A stretch of DNA of 63,295 nt, counting the filler, from Asterionella formosa (lineage: Eukaryota): NCBI GenBank assembly GCA_002256025.1. It is 5 parts of 5 records of this genome, joined end to end, with 100 filler letters (N's around TTAATTAATTAA, not from the genome) between each part and the next. Parts side by side here need not be neighbours in the genome. Positions count along the whole stretch, not along the records: positions 12,698 to 25,287 come from NKIB01007393.1; positions 25,388 to 37,964 come from NKIB01007411.1; 3 more parts are not named here. One strand, 5' to 3'. Position numbers and translations under genes: made by a program. This document shows positions 12,598 through 26,350 of this stretch, one piece after another. Positions within the stretch are counted from its first letter, which is position 1; each line of letters starts with the position of its first letter. The notes below the pieces were generated by a model. The model was not told the origin of the DNA. It saw nothing but the letters and a program-made list of their open reading frames with translations, and did not search any database.

Positions 12598-12708
12598 NNN
12601 NNNNNNNNNNNNNNNNNNNNNNNNNNNNNNNNNNNNNNNNNTTAATTAATTAANNNNNNNNNNNNNNNNNNNNNNNNNNNNNNNNNNNNNNNNNNNNGCA
12701 TCATACAA

Positions 12709-13539
12709 TTGGACATGAACACATGGGAAGCAAGACTCTTTCACAAAAAATTTCGTCTTCCATTTGACATATTCTTGAAACTGTATGATATGATAATATC
12801 TAATGAATGGTATGATCTGCACAGGAAAGATTGCACCAAACTTCTGTGCAAGGACCTTAAGTTGCTCCTCCTGGGTGTTCTCTACACTCTAGCAACCGGT
12901 GATTCCCATTTGTATGTGTATATTCAAACTGACATCTTTAAAGAGGTACACCGAAAATTTTTCATTCACTGGACTTCAAAGTTTGCAGAAAAGAAGTATG
13001 AATATGTATACAAGAGTGGAATGTGCTCACTGTTGAGTCTTCTATTACTTGTAAAAGGCTACTATTTCATTTGTGATGGAGGGTAGTACCAAAGATGGCC
13101 CGTGTTGATTTGTCCAATTAAATATGGCAATGATCATGGAAAAGAAAGGGCATGGGGTATGATGGTGGAGTCAGTTTGAAAAGATATTGAATGTACTATT
13201 GGTATATTGAAAAGTGGATGGTTATTTCTTAAGAACTGGAACAAGTTGTCTCGACCTGAGCATATCGAAAATTCGTTCACATCATGCTGTATGCTCCATA
13301 GCATTCTATTTGAAAGCAATGGTTACCTTGACTGTGAAAGTTCTGACACACAGCATATTGCGCATACTGTGCGAGATGACTGCATGGAATTGCATGTTAC
13401 TTCACACAGCAACTTCTTGAATGAAACAGTGGCTGGGGGTAAACAAAGTCAATGGTGGAATAGAGTTCAACTACTTGTTGATCATTATGACGAATTTTGT
13501 AAAAGATGTAACAAGAAGCAAGTTAGCAAGATAGCTTAA
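12709..13539 (+). pseudogene. PIF/Harbinger-type DDE transposase remnant
   Basis: FHKKFRLPF, YYFICDGG*Y..WP, VESV*KDIECTIGILK..W and CCMLH motifs, interrupted by stops and a frameshift. Confidence 0.8.
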
Positions 13540-15464
13540 TATATATATTATGTAACTATATATATTCTTAGTAAAATATATTCATGATTATTTATGTTGC
13601 CTAATTAGTTTCTGAACATTGGAAACTTTGCTTGTAAATATTGCAGACAAATTTGAAAAATGCATCCTTCAAACCTTGTCCACTTGGAAGTTATTGCAAA
13701 TCTTGGGCGATGTTTGAACTAGAAATGATACTGTTACGAAGTTTGTTTCTAATCTCCTGCCACTTTCTCCATAAGGTATCGCCAGTCATGCTCGACTTAT
13801 CCTTGGACCCCCATGCATATCGCAGTTGAGTTTTTATGGCGGTATCACACATATCATCCTCGAGGTGTTCATCAAAAATTCGAAAAACGCTTCAGCCATA
13901 TCTCGAAATTACTTCTCCTCCCTAGATGCAAACCTGTGTTGACGTTCACAACCAGCAGCAAATATAACGGCTATCTGCACACTTCGAAGCATGTCCACTT
14001 GAATGGGGCCGCCTAGTATCCAATATCGAATATGGTCGCAAAAGGAATGCTCCTCCTCAGTTGAGTATTCTGTTGGTCCTTCAGTCGCCATTGTGATAAT
14101 AGAGAGATGCTGGTGGTGGGAGCAGAGGATAAAGGAGATAGGACAATGTGAAGGCCGATCACCTTAAAACAAAAACAGCAATGATGATGATGGAGCATTG
14201 AGTGTTGAAAATTTTGGACCCATTGTACTTTGATGCAGATTCCATCTGGTCAAAGCAGCTGTGCGTTGTTGCAAACCAAAAGTCATTGTGTTGAAGCGGC
14301 GCGCCTCAGTAGTTTGTTTGTGTCTCCGCATTTACTGTTGTATTTCTCTCTACCCACAGCTCTCGTCACAGAGGTCCCGTTTGCTTGTGCCCCCGCCCAC
14401 CTTACTCAGTACTGAGAATAAAAAGACGCTCACTACGCCCACAAGAGCTTACAAAGGGGTCCCTTCTTCTCTTTTACACTTGCTTCTACGCCACCATGTC
14501 CCTAGCCATTCCGGACGCCCAGGACCCTTGGCTTGTTGACCCTCTTGACATTGGCGGCGCACCAGCCATGGTTGATCTCACACATGCCGACTTCATGCTC
14601 ACTACAATCAACCTCACCAATACCAGCCTTTTTCCTGTATTGCCACACCCTACTAGCATGTCTTGTTCCCATCTATCAAGCATCGTCAACCCTAGGCTTG
14701 CCGATTCTCTTAAATGGGGGCGGCGGGGGTACTGCTGGATCTAGCATACTCAGATGCTCACAGCAACAACAAAAGTTTCATAACATGGGTTTTTTTCTCT
14801 ATTACTTTACTCTCCCAACAACCAAGGACTTCCTTTGCCAGCATGTACAAGAACCCTACACTATGATGAGAGGGAGACTGTGTTCTTGGATATCTTTCTT
14901 CTTTTCACCGGCCACTTGTCACTGGAACACCGCAGGTAGGGGAGATATGTCGTCCCATGGCATCAGAATAGCAGAAAGGGGAGCTTATTGCAACACAGAA
15001 ATCAGGCAAATGAATTGATGAGATACTTCTATATATTTGTTCAAATTTCAGATTGATTCCACAGCAAACCTGGGATATCTATAGGAGTTTGTTGCATAGC
15101 TTGAATAAAATTTTGGTGAAACTCGAAGACGTTTTACCTGTAGGAAAAACAGGCTCAAACAACCTGCCTTTTACAAACATTTGACTATACGGCGAAGGTT
15201 CCAAGTGATGGAGCAAGCTGAGTGTGAGTACTGGTTCTGTCCCTACAGTCGACTGAATTACAAAGCACTGGCAATGATTCTACATCATAAAACATCGTTA
15301 ACTACAAACTAAAACAACTTTAGTGAAGGAAACAAAATAATGTATTAATTTCAAGTATGGATGAGTATTGAATGAAATACAAGCATAGCTATAGATAGGA
15401 GTATAGCCAAGGGCGAGGGCACGACATCCTTTTACTCCTAATATTTTTTGCCTTTTGCAGTGTC

Positions 15465-16529
15465 TTACTCGAGCTGGGGACCCCAACGAAACGTGATTTG
15501 GTCAATGCAGTTTCCTGCTCTTCCTTTGATACCGCACAACTGGTATCCAGAAGGAGCAACCGCTACTGCCTCTGTTCCAGGCTTGTCCCTGTTACCGATA
15601 AGCCATCCCTTGCCACCACAGGGGCCAAAGTCTCTGCCCTTGTTGGTCGTGAATGTCAAGCATTGAACAAACCTATTAGATCGCACCTTCACTTTCGTAA
15701 TCAACTCGCCAGCATGGAGTTGAAACTCATGGGCGCTGCCATCTTCACTCCCAGTCATTTTGGTATGAGCATTGTAAACCATTTTTATTCCATTGACATG
15801 GTGCCTGTCCGCATAAATAATTATTTCATTAATTGCTCGCTGATTCATATGATCAAATTCGTCTCCACCGTCGCCACCATAATTGGCTGAAAGCTTAAAT
15901 GGCTTCGCCGTCGATCCTTCTCCAGCTGCATTGCCATGTGCAGCTTGTGTCATTGGATGAACCTTGGCTGGATTAGCAGAAGCAGGAGGCTTGGAGGTGG
16001 TATTGGTCTAAAATGATAGAGTAGAGGTCAGAGAAAGTGTTAGTGAGACAAGATCATGGTGAATGAAAAGCGCAATAACGAAACATACCGGCTCAAAGTC
16101 TTCTTCTTCATCTTCAACATAGTCCCATGTTCCCCTGCCATAGCCAAAATGCCTTGCAGCCTTCTGTTGCTCTTCTGTCATGTCCCTCCACCACCAATGT
16201 TCACATGGCAATTGTTCAATGGCCCAATCGTCATCCCACTTGTGTTTGTCCCATCCCAGGACTTGCGCGAGTCGCTTTGTTTCGTCATCTGCGTCGTCCC
16301 ACCAAATATCCAGTTTTTTTTCAATGGGTGACATGTGCAAATACATGGCCGCATTCTTTTCTGAGTAGGAACATTCCGCAAAAGTTTTGGAATCATATGG
16401 AATCGTAGCATCGTCGTCCCATGTTTCCTTTGAGTATCCAAGCACAATGGCAGCTCGTCTCGCCTTTTCTGGCAAGTCTTCCCACCAATAATCGCTGTAG
16501 TTTGGTCCAGGGCGATGAGGAGGAGGCAT
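15465..16529 (-). CDS. Trp-repeat plus jacalin-like lectin domain protein, 2 exons: 16529-16089 and 16007-15465 (327 aa)
   Basis: An 81-nt GTATGT...TAG intron joins the two ORFs in frame. N-terminal W-x-D-L/M...A..LG(Y/W)...WD repeats. C-terminal GGDGGDEFD, GELITKVKVRS..FVQCLTFTTNKGR.FGP.GG and GIKGRAG..IDQI jacalin motifs. Confidence 0.85.
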
Positions 16530-17229
16530 GATGATTGAGGTGGCTTGGTTTGATGGTCGGTACAGGATTTGTCTTTTATGATCAGATTATTAATATAAAT
16601 GATCCACAGAAGCGAAGAAGTAATACCTACCTGGTGTGGTTGTAAGATTTGGAATGGTCCCGGAATTAGAGGTGTGTGCAGTCAACTTTGTCGACACTTC
16701 ATCGCTATTTATAAAAAATTGATGACGAGTCATCCTCCTCAATCTATGGCTATTAATATAGCATTAGAGGATTTCACGAATGAAGACGTTCCGGGTCCAG
16801 TGGGCTGAGCTGTTGATGTCCTCGTGAACAAATACAAACACGCTACATAATAGACCTACCAGTATGTACATTGTTTGCATGTTTCTAGATAAATAAGAAG
16901 TATGAAAACTTGTGGAACATGATATCGGATAGTGGAGCAAGTACTAATCATGGAACCATCGCGAAACCTTCGTCATTGGTTTGTTTTGCCCGGCGAAATG
17001 GATCATCATTATGTGATAATTTGAACCCGTGCCATATGTACTAGAGTGACAAATGATTACAGGAACAGTAGCTTTGCTTGATTCTTGATTGGACTACATA
17101 CATACAACATTAACTAGTAGTATCCATTTTGCCTAGTTTCAAGAAATGAATCACTCGTGCTCCTTGCATGGGAGCAAACCACTTTCTGGACCATTTGTGA
17201 TGATAGGAGGAAGGCAGTGTAGGAATCCA

Positions 17230-17320
17230 ACACAACAATTGCTTCTCGAGCAATTGTTGGGCAAAATGGAACCTCACAAGCAAGAACTTCAGATCAAAAA
17301 CCTGCATTAATCCATGATAC
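17230..17320 (-). repeat. Degenerate tRNA-derived repeat copy (inverted)
   Basis: Reverse complement matches 39730-39800: GAACCTCACAA..TCAGATCAAA and CAACAATTGCTTCTC. Confidence 0.5.
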
Positions 17321-17779
17321 TTTTAGGATGTGCGTGATGATGCTGAATACTGAATCTTTTGTAATGGAAAATTTTTTGCAGTGGTCACAGCCACTTTTAC
17401 TTCCACCATGTGTACCTAATCTGACATGGCAACCATGACAAAACACTGAAACAGTCAGGAACAATATCAGACACCCTTGAATGTGTATGCTCAAGCAACA
17501 CCCCTGGCTAGTCTTGACCCACACAACAAGTTTATAGTTATCACAGGTTGCTAAATATAAGCAGTACATAGTACGCACTCTGAGCTTGAATCCAGTCATA
17601 TTACATCCATCAAGTCATCATCATGAATGGTATTTCTTGGACCTCAATTTACATAATTGAAAATGTTTTTCATACTAATTAGAATCTAATATTGTACCAA
17701 TAAAATGACTAAACATTGATCATTTGCTTTCCCTACAAAGTTTCAATACATTCAGTATCAAACATTTTTGAGTTAAATA

Positions 17780-17833
17780 GGTCTCAGTGGTTGAGCACGT
17801 TGCCTTTGATCTGAGGTTGTAAGGTTCGATTCT
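17780..17833 (+). repeat. tRNA-derived repeat copy
   Basis: AGTGGTTGAGCACGTTGCCTTTGATCTGAGGTTGTAAGGTTCGATTC is nearly identical to 39725-39771. Confidence 0.65.
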
Positions 17834-19309
17834 AACAAAGTTGGTATGTCAAGTCCAATGCAAGGTGAGAACAACTTGGGGTATCACGCGCTCCAACTCA
17901 AAGTGTTCCTTTACTTGGTGGGGAGATAACACGATCCAATAAAAGGTATTTGATGTATTGGGCATGGACTCTTTCCAACAAATACAAGGCGATGATATCT
18001 TGCAATTCAAGGTTCCCTTTGTATTGCGTTATACATGATCCTAGTACATGGTCATAAGTTCCAATAAAAGGTAAAGATAATTTAAAAATCAATGTAGTAC
18101 CCTGCATTGGGTTTCGGCTGTACTAAATGACTTCCCAATTCAAGATAAGAAGGTTCAGCAAAACAAGGCGATGATAATCTTCAATTCAAGCAGGTGGACA
18201 CTGCTGGATTGACTTTTGTCGGTACTAGTATGGTAGATCCCAATACAAGGTTGAATCATCCAACAAAACTTGATGATACTTTACAATTCAATGTCAGCCT
18301 TGTATTGGGCTATAGTGCTGCTTGTAAATTGTACATTTTAATCAATTTTTTATAGCATGTTAAAGCTATCCAATGCCCACTTGAATGGAAACAATAAGTA
18401 CTGGTTTTATTCGTCTACTATACAGTACAACTGGACCAGTCTCTTCAATTGTCAAAAGTTTCTAAGCTTATCTGCTTGTGTAGAGTATGATTAATTGCGC
18501 CACTGTTGGTGGCAGACTCATCTTCACTGCTTTCGATGAAATGTACTTCCTGGAGAAGCGTGCAAAATGAAGTGCTGCATGCTTGAATTCACCTCAATAA
18601 TGCAAGTGGCAAAATAGTTAGAAGAGCATTATGCAATGTCAATAATTCCATGGAAACATGAGAAGACAGATGTTGAAATTGCGTCCCAAAGCCGTCTATT
18701 GCTTTCTTGTATCCTGTAAGGACATGTCAGGGACCAAATAGGCTGTAGATATGAACAACGATGTTGCAGTAATTGATTGTAATTTTTCTTAAGAGTTTTA
18801 ATAGAGTTATGGTTTTACTGGCGATGTAGATTGTTTTCGAATTCTGATTTTTCTCTGGTAGTACCATATTCTGTTTGATTCATTTGATTCAATATGTAGT
18901 AGGTAATCCATACCGGGATTTTTCTTTCCTAAAATAATTTGTCCAACACACTCCTGCTGGACATGGATGCTCACTTTGAGTTCATGATTTGTGTACGAAA
19001 CTGTATAAATTTCGTATTGACCAGTGGTTTTGTCTTGTAGTCTGCTATCATGATTGCATCTGTTGGACAGTACTACTCAATCTGTGCTTCCTTTCTTTCA
19101 GTAAGATCAGTGGTGAAAAAATACCTAATGTTGAAATGTCGCGTCCTTTTCTCCTGATCTTGCTTTTCCATTTTCTTCCAGCTTCATTGAGCTAGTGTTG
19201 TCATGTTGGATAACATTTGTAGTCACTTTATGTCCCTGTGCTTCGACAAACACCAGTTTTGTCCACAACACCTTTGATACTAAGGTCGTCAACACTGACA
19301 AATTCTGAT

Positions 19310-20345
19310 TCAATCGAACTTCTCATGTTCCCTTTCTTTTACGTAGACACATAAAATGATCGTTCACTTCGCTGTCCACATGACTAGATTTCAAATCGTC
19401 TACATTCCAAGTAACCGCATGATGATTGCATTTACAGTGGGATTTACAACGCATGGATCATCATATGGATTGACCTTGAATCCAATTGACTCAATATCCT
19501 TCCGAAATTTTTTGTAATATAACAATGATGATTGTAACATGCCATATAATATCTTGATCATCCTAATTTAAAGGATCTTGTTGTGGCCTTTGTAAACAGC
19601 ATATTTTTCATATGTCTCAGGGCTGAGTTCCATCAACACATTGACAAGTAAAGCTCTTATCTTCATAACGATTTGTTCCCCGTTTTCTTTCTCATCGATA
19701 TCCACTTGCACAAATCCATTGGGTATATCTGCCATCATGACATCGCGATTTTGCTTTGCATCAATTGTTGCTGTTATCATAACAGATTCAGTCATGGTCG
19801 TTGGACTAGCTGCTTCATCTCTTTCCATATATTCACGTTGAGAACTGCCATTTGCACAAGCTCTGGCTTGAATACTCTTGTCTCTCTTTTCCACCAAAAA
19901 ATTAGGCTTTCCATTGCGCGTGGGTGTGCGTAATTAATAGTGACTAGAATTTTATTGGAATGTGGTTCCATATAAGGACGAAACTCATTGTCACAGTGGA
20001 TTGTTGTTGTTCTAAATCCTCCGGTATTACAAACACGGAATACCTTAGTCAAAGCATCTCAATAAACATCTGCTGTCTTAGTCTTGACCCATTGCGCTGT
20101 CCTCCTGTACATAATGTTTGGAGAAATTTCTGTAAGAAATGATTATCCATTCACTTTCATTCCTTCCATGCAAAGAGTCACTTTGCGTTGAGCTCTAATA
20201 AGCTTGCTAGGAATCTTGGTGTAGTCGTCCACGACTGGCAGCAGCTTGCGACGAGTTGTCTTGCCTTTTAGTGTACCGATGTCAGGTCCAAATATTTTCT
20301 CGGCAATCTTAATGTTATCGGTATTCACAGGATTGTTGATTTTCT
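19310..20345 (-). mobile_element. Ty1/copia (CoDi-like) pol remnant with large internal deletions
   Basis: AEKIFGPDIGTLKGKTTR; ARACANGS.QREY..AASPT..TESVMITATIDAKQNRDVM.ADIPN.FVQ; YGMLQSSLLYYKKF; NPYDPCV; WNVDDLKSSH. Confidence 0.9.
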
Positions 20346-22724
20346 TTGTCGCTCATGTGTACATTCTGGAGTTAATGCATCGACTGCCTTCCATATTGCG
20401 TCATGCTGTTTCAAATGATTGCCATCCAACTGCTTGCTCAATTAATCGAAACAATCGCATCAATGAACTGTTTAATGCACTACGCTTGGCCTGCGAAAAT
20501 AATAACCTTGGTTGGTCGCCTTCACTGGCCTTGACAACTGGCAAAGGATTCAGTTGTTAAAGCTATTAACAATGACTCATGTCAGCATGGTCTTGCTGTA
20601 GCTAAAATTTATCAGCTGAACAAGATGCAATCTATTCTTGGTAAGCATACAGATGCATTATAATTGTTTCTAGAATCAACATGGTTCCTGCAACATTGGT
20701 GAGCATCGGTTTGCAAAAGAATCTATCCTGCATGATGAGATTCATTATCCTCCTCAGTGCAAGGCGGTGCGGCAGTTTGAGATCTCGACAGGTTTGACTC
20801 CTACACATAATCCTGTTGCTTTCACAAACATATTTGTGCAGCATTTGGGAATCTATCAAATCAATTCTCAGCCCAGAGGGAAATTCTTTCTGGTCATTTA
20901 AGTTCAAGTGATACAGCATTGTTTGAGGTGATATGTCTCAAATCAATTGTTGTCTTCAAAGACCGACTTGAGCGTAATTCATATGTCAAAGGTTTCAGAA
21001 TGCCGATTTTCTGTCAAAAAAGACATATGCTCATGGCAATCACCTTGTTGGCAATCTCCACTTCTATGCACACATTCTTCAGTCAAACCACAAAATGGTC
21101 CCAAAATCAAAAGTCTGTTGGCTTCGACAATTGCTAATATTGACAAAGTTGCTACACGTGCTATGAAGAAGGCATTCGACCACTCAGTTTTACTGCTGAG
21201 ATCTTCTGGGGCAACTGGGAAACGATTTTCCGACATGCTATGCATACTCAATTGCTACTGGAGACCAATCAGCTGCAAGTAAAAGGTTGGGTGGGCACTG
21301 CGTGCAAGCTTGACAACTTTTCTCTCCTCAACATTGGTAAGCGAGAACCACGAATTTGCAGCTGATCTCCATTCATTCTAGCAATGGATGCTCGCAGCAG
21401 TCAAAATACGATTCGTTTTGGAAATTCGCTGAAATATGTGTGTAGGGGCGGTTACAAGGCAACTCATGATCAAAGCCATGCTGTTGGCAGTAATCCTGAT
21501 CTAGTAGACTTCTTGCCTATTCTGACATGATTGATTGAGGACTTCATCATCTGCTGTGTTTGTTCCAAACCTCATGTAATTTACTCCAACAATCATGATA
21601 TCATACAGGCATCAAATGAACAAAGTGATTTAAGAACTGAGTGTAATTTTACATGCACATCAACACTCACTGCCATATCATAGTTCATCATAGTTCATTG
21701 GTTTTCAAGGGAGAGGAAACTATATTTGTTCAACCATTGTCATGTCTTTATCCACTGGAGTGGCAGCTTTTTGCAACCAAATTCATCAAAATATCACCAT
21801 GCGCTTGGTGTGGGGTCCAGGTCAATGATGAAAATGGCTCTGGGTTTCTAGAGAAATGTCAAAACATGGCAGGGCAGCAGATAATGCCCTGGTGCAATGG
21901 CCCCCAGGGCATTGCATTTGGATTTGTGCAACGTAAGAAGCGTAAACTTTCCGAAATGAATGGAGGATGTTCAGTTACTCAATAAATTAAGTTAATGATA
22001 GAACATGCATAAATACAATAAACAACAGGACTGCTATTCACCACCCTTCGGACATCTTAAGGCCAATCTAAACAGAGATTCAAAATCAAAAAAATGTTTC
22101 TAGGCACAATTTTTTGTATCTCACATATCCGGGTGATATGTTGCTTCTAGCGACAATTTTTTTGTCGCTCCGAAATGTGTATCTGTGTGTACCGCTGCAG
22201 ATAAAGCGTTAAGCCACACCAATTTTTATAAATTTAATGCATGTCATGTAATTAAATTAATCAGCAAAGACACCATTTTTGTCTCTAATGGCAACAACAG
22301 AAATGAATTTTGGGAGGAGGGACTCTCAGCAGCAATTATTATTATCTCTAGCTACTCATGGAATAATGCTTTTCATCACTTGTAAAAGACTTGCGCAATG
22401 GCATCATTTAAATCTTCGGATAATGAGACTTACTCTGCAGCAAGGAAACAGGATGGCCAGTGGGTTGCATGTATAGCTCCTGCTGATTTTTCATTGACAA
22501 CGAAGGGTCTTTGATGATGATAAAAGACATGCTCATTCAACAGATATCGCTAGAATAACTTCGTCATATTTGCGTTCACTTTAAAATCTCCGGATACAAA
22601 CAAAACAAAGATGATAACAACCAATAACACTCAAAAAGAATTGGTTAAAGACTCTTGATCTTCGAGACATTCTGGGGTACAACAAGAAGTCATCAAAAGA
22701 ACCAAAAAAGTATCTGAAAAGAAA

Positions 22725-24823
22725 TGTCTGCAAATAAAAAACATCAAATTCCCATCATGCATCATAGGATGATGATCATCTGATCATATTTTTTCGTTAT
22801 ATTATCTAATTATTTTGATAAATGCCCTCGTAATTTGAATAGTAACCCTTTCAACTATGTATATTTAATTATTATATGAATTGTTTCTATGAGGTTCCTT
22901 TTTTAAAATTTCTTGGTAAGATAATGTCGTACCAGCTAAAGTAAGCAATGTGGTTTGGTTCATCATACTGTCCACCAGTCCTCGCTCTGATTCTTGCAAC
23001 ATCGACAAAACAGCCATGTCGGAAGGAATAAGTGTTTGTGATAAAATCTTCATTTGTCTTTCAAGTCATCATATGTTTTCGATGAATCATCATCTACAGT
23101 GCACAGCATGTTCATATGCAATCCGTTAAGAGCTTGAAAAGAAATTCAATGAAAACAAAATGGCTCATCACACAAGACAAATATTTCCGGTCTGTCACCA
23201 GAGCATCGAACAGTGTTACAATCTCAATCATAGTGAACAACATCTATTATAGAACAGCACAATCTGCTTCTATGTAGTATCTTCTCTCTCTAATGAGAAC
23301 ATAATACATCTAGAATTGAAACGCAGCATAGCAGGTGATATGCACCAAGAAGCACAACATTGCCTATGTATTGTAACAGAGTGATTCTGGCTTCGTAATT
23401 TTCATGTCTCATCAGATTTCCTTTGTCATCGTACTACTAGTTCCTTGCCTTGTTTGACAACATGTGCGTATTCTTTGACGTATCTGGAATGGTTCAATGG
23501 ATGCCAGCAGTTGGATTTAGACACAACCCTTGACAAAAGCACTACTTTGTAGATGTTCATAAAAAGCCAGACACTTTGGCCTATTGACCACCAGCCAGCC
23601 AGTCTATACTGCAAAAATGCAAGAAGCACAAGTTGAATGCACATTTATTGATTCAATTTTCAGTAGTGTGCAATGTAAAATATTAGAAACCGGAAGTCAC
23701 ATTTCATCTAATTACGTTTTTCATTTTACTACTATTGATCGAGAGGAACCTCTTGGATGTCACTTGCTTGCTACATAAAATGGAAAACAGCCGCCATAAT
23801 CTGTTGATTGTTGCTGTATGGTGCCACTGACCAAAACCTCCAGAAATCTCAATGAGTTGCAAAAGGGATCTAACATCATCAATCCGTCAATCTATACACA
23901 AGCCTGCGCCACCTGACATCAATATAGCTTCCTCGACTTCATCAATGAAGAAGTCAATGGGCGGAGCATGTGAGAAAAATCGGGGTTGAGGTTTTCTTGA
24001 CGCCAACGTGCTTGGCTGAACTTGCAGATGAAGGCATTGAGTAACCTGGGCCTGTGGTGAAGCCAAAGGATAAAGAAAAATCTATGACAATGGTGGTGAG
24101 ATATTGTTTAAGAGCAAAATTTATCATAGCTGAACGCATTTGAAAATTATTATAGACGATATATGGTGGCATACCATGGCTGCTCTTGGCTGACAGTTGC
24201 GAAGTCAATGTACAAACACAACATGGGTGCACAAAAGATGGTCTCATTTTAATCAACTGGCTGATACATAGTTTTGAGACTGACCATTCTGCAATGGGGT
24301 GGACTTTGATCATTGCTTCGTTCTAAGCACAATCAATTCGAATGCTGTCCAGTGAAACAGCCAATGAAAACAATTGTGACGAAAAAGCGCAGAACAGATC
24401 TAGAGATTTCATAGGAATTAAAATAACAGGGCATATATGATGCACTGCTCTTTGTGTATATTTGATCATTTGCATATTTCACATACAGGTGCATGGATGA
24501 CTCCTCCCTTTCATTAGCTAGATATGCAGGAGCCATCTTGCGATAATTCTACAAGAACTATAGGATTGGTAGTCTGGTTGTCATCATCTCCGCATTGTTA
24601 TACCAGTAGGAGTCATGTATGTAGCCATGCATGCTGCGATAATTCTTGCAAGACATAAAAATTTGGTAGCTTGGGGCTTATCACTTCCGTACTCTATACA
24701 GGGGTGGGGTTGCATGCATGAGCAACTACTCTGGTATAAACTATGATCTTTAATCAATAAATTTTGATTCGTTCATCCTATACCTTTGATCACAACATAT
24801 TGATCATATGATAACAACAAGTG
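22725..24823 (+). mobile_element. 5' half of the IS630/Tc1-like element with a decayed transposase
   Basis: Left terminus TGTCTGCAAATAAAAA; HYFVDVH and FLTPTCLAELADEGIE* motifs; colinear with 55940-58290. Confidence 0.8.
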
Positions 24824-25387
24824 TCACAAACATGTGATGGTAAAGAGTATCAAGAGAATGTCAGTTTTGTTGAATTTTTTGAAGCCAAATTTTTTGAAGC
24901 TATGGATGCACTGACCAAGAATTCTGTAGCTCTCATACAAACAGCTGAAGAGGATGCATCTATTGGTCATAATTAGGTTACCAATTATATATCTAGTTAG
25001 TTCTTGTTGTTACCTAGCTAAAATGATAATGCAACTGCTGCAATTAACAAAAAGCACTGTTGTTTCGCTTCTATATCAAGATTGTCAATGACATCCCAAC
25101 TGTCAGGTCCTTCCAGTCGATTTGTCATTGTCATTACAGCAATAATAATGGTCAGACGCATTGAATAATTGAAGCGCACATTGCAAATATGTTTGCCAAG
25201 TCTGATGCACATGTTTGCAGAGACATAAAGAAAACGGCTAACTGTTCTGCCGTTACAGAAATATATTTGTGAAATGTATCTCTGTAANNNNNNNNNNNNN
25301 NNNNNNNNNNNNNNNNNNNNNNNNNNNNNNNTTAATTAATTAANNNNNNNNNNNNNNNNNNNNNNNNNNNNNNNNNNNNNNNNNNNN

Positions 25388-25725
25388 TGAGTGGTGGGTC
25401 GAATAGTGGGTCGAATAGTGGGTTGAGTGGTGGGTCGAATAGTGGGTTGTTTGGTAGGTTGTGTAGTGGGTTGTTTGGTAGGTTGTATAGTGGGTTTTAT
25501 TGTGGGTTGTTTGGTAGGTTGTATGGTGGGTTTATTGGTTGGCTGATTGGTCAATATCTTGGTTGGTACATTGGTCAGCTGGGCTCTTCTTCGTACTGTT
25601 GTCGAAGTTGTTGCTGCTGTTACCAATCGTAGTATAGGAGTTTGCGACTCCTCGTTTGCAACAACAACGACAACCACAACAACAAAAATGAAAATGTTAA
25701 GGAATAGATTCTTCATAACCTTCAT
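25388..25725 (-). CDS. N-terminus of a secreted Pro/Thr-repeat protein, truncated by the gap
   Basis: Hydrophobic signal peptide (LFLNIFIFVVVVVVVVA) followed by PTxx tetrapeptide repeats (12-bp units). Confidence 0.7.
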
Positions 25726-26350
25726 AATGAGCTCGCTTAGACTTCTGGGTTTTAGGAAGAATGCTCTCTATTCAAAAGGAAAAGAAGGCAGAGGAATGAG
25801 AATCTCGAAACAGCAAACAACGATTGGAACGGTATGGAACAAGTTATAAATGGATTTCTAAAGTATTTTTGGAAATGCGAGTCAGATGAAAAGTAATCTT
25901 TTCCGATGTAACAACATCGAAGATGATCACCACCTAACTACGGCATCAAAATCACGTACTGGCCGTTGTTCTGTACCAAGAAAGGTTGGACATATAATCA
26001 AAGACTGCACAAAATAAATTTTGACCTGTGTGACTGCATAAGATTTATCTATGATTGCATGAGATTTAAATAGAGGACGATAGATGCCATATGTTTCTTG
26101 GAAATATCAGAATGACTTTGTCGCACCTGCACCAACAAGAAATGATGAATTTTGAACGTATCATCTATGAATAAATTGGAATCAGGGCTTCCGGTACTTC
26201 ACGTACAACTTAAATAATCAGGAGTCTACGGGTAATGCAGTTTAGACATTAGGACATGGCCAGCAAAATGACTGAGACATCGGGCAATAGGCAACATTTG
26301 TCATGTCCGGACATTCTCTTTAAACATCAGACATGTCCAGTGATACAATA

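Noticed and set aside
12642..12653. TTAATTAATTAA palindrome within N runs (also ~25332, ~38009, ~50684)
   Set aside because: Identical six-frame-stop linker inside fixed-length gaps; an assembly artefact.
13560..15018. Short ORFs beside the Harbinger transposase, including LWRKWQEIRNKL on the minus strand
   Set aside because: Might be the element's Myb-like partner, but too decayed to support a call.
20346..21600. Coding-like minus-strand fragments
   Set aside because: Broken frames with no motif I can recognise.
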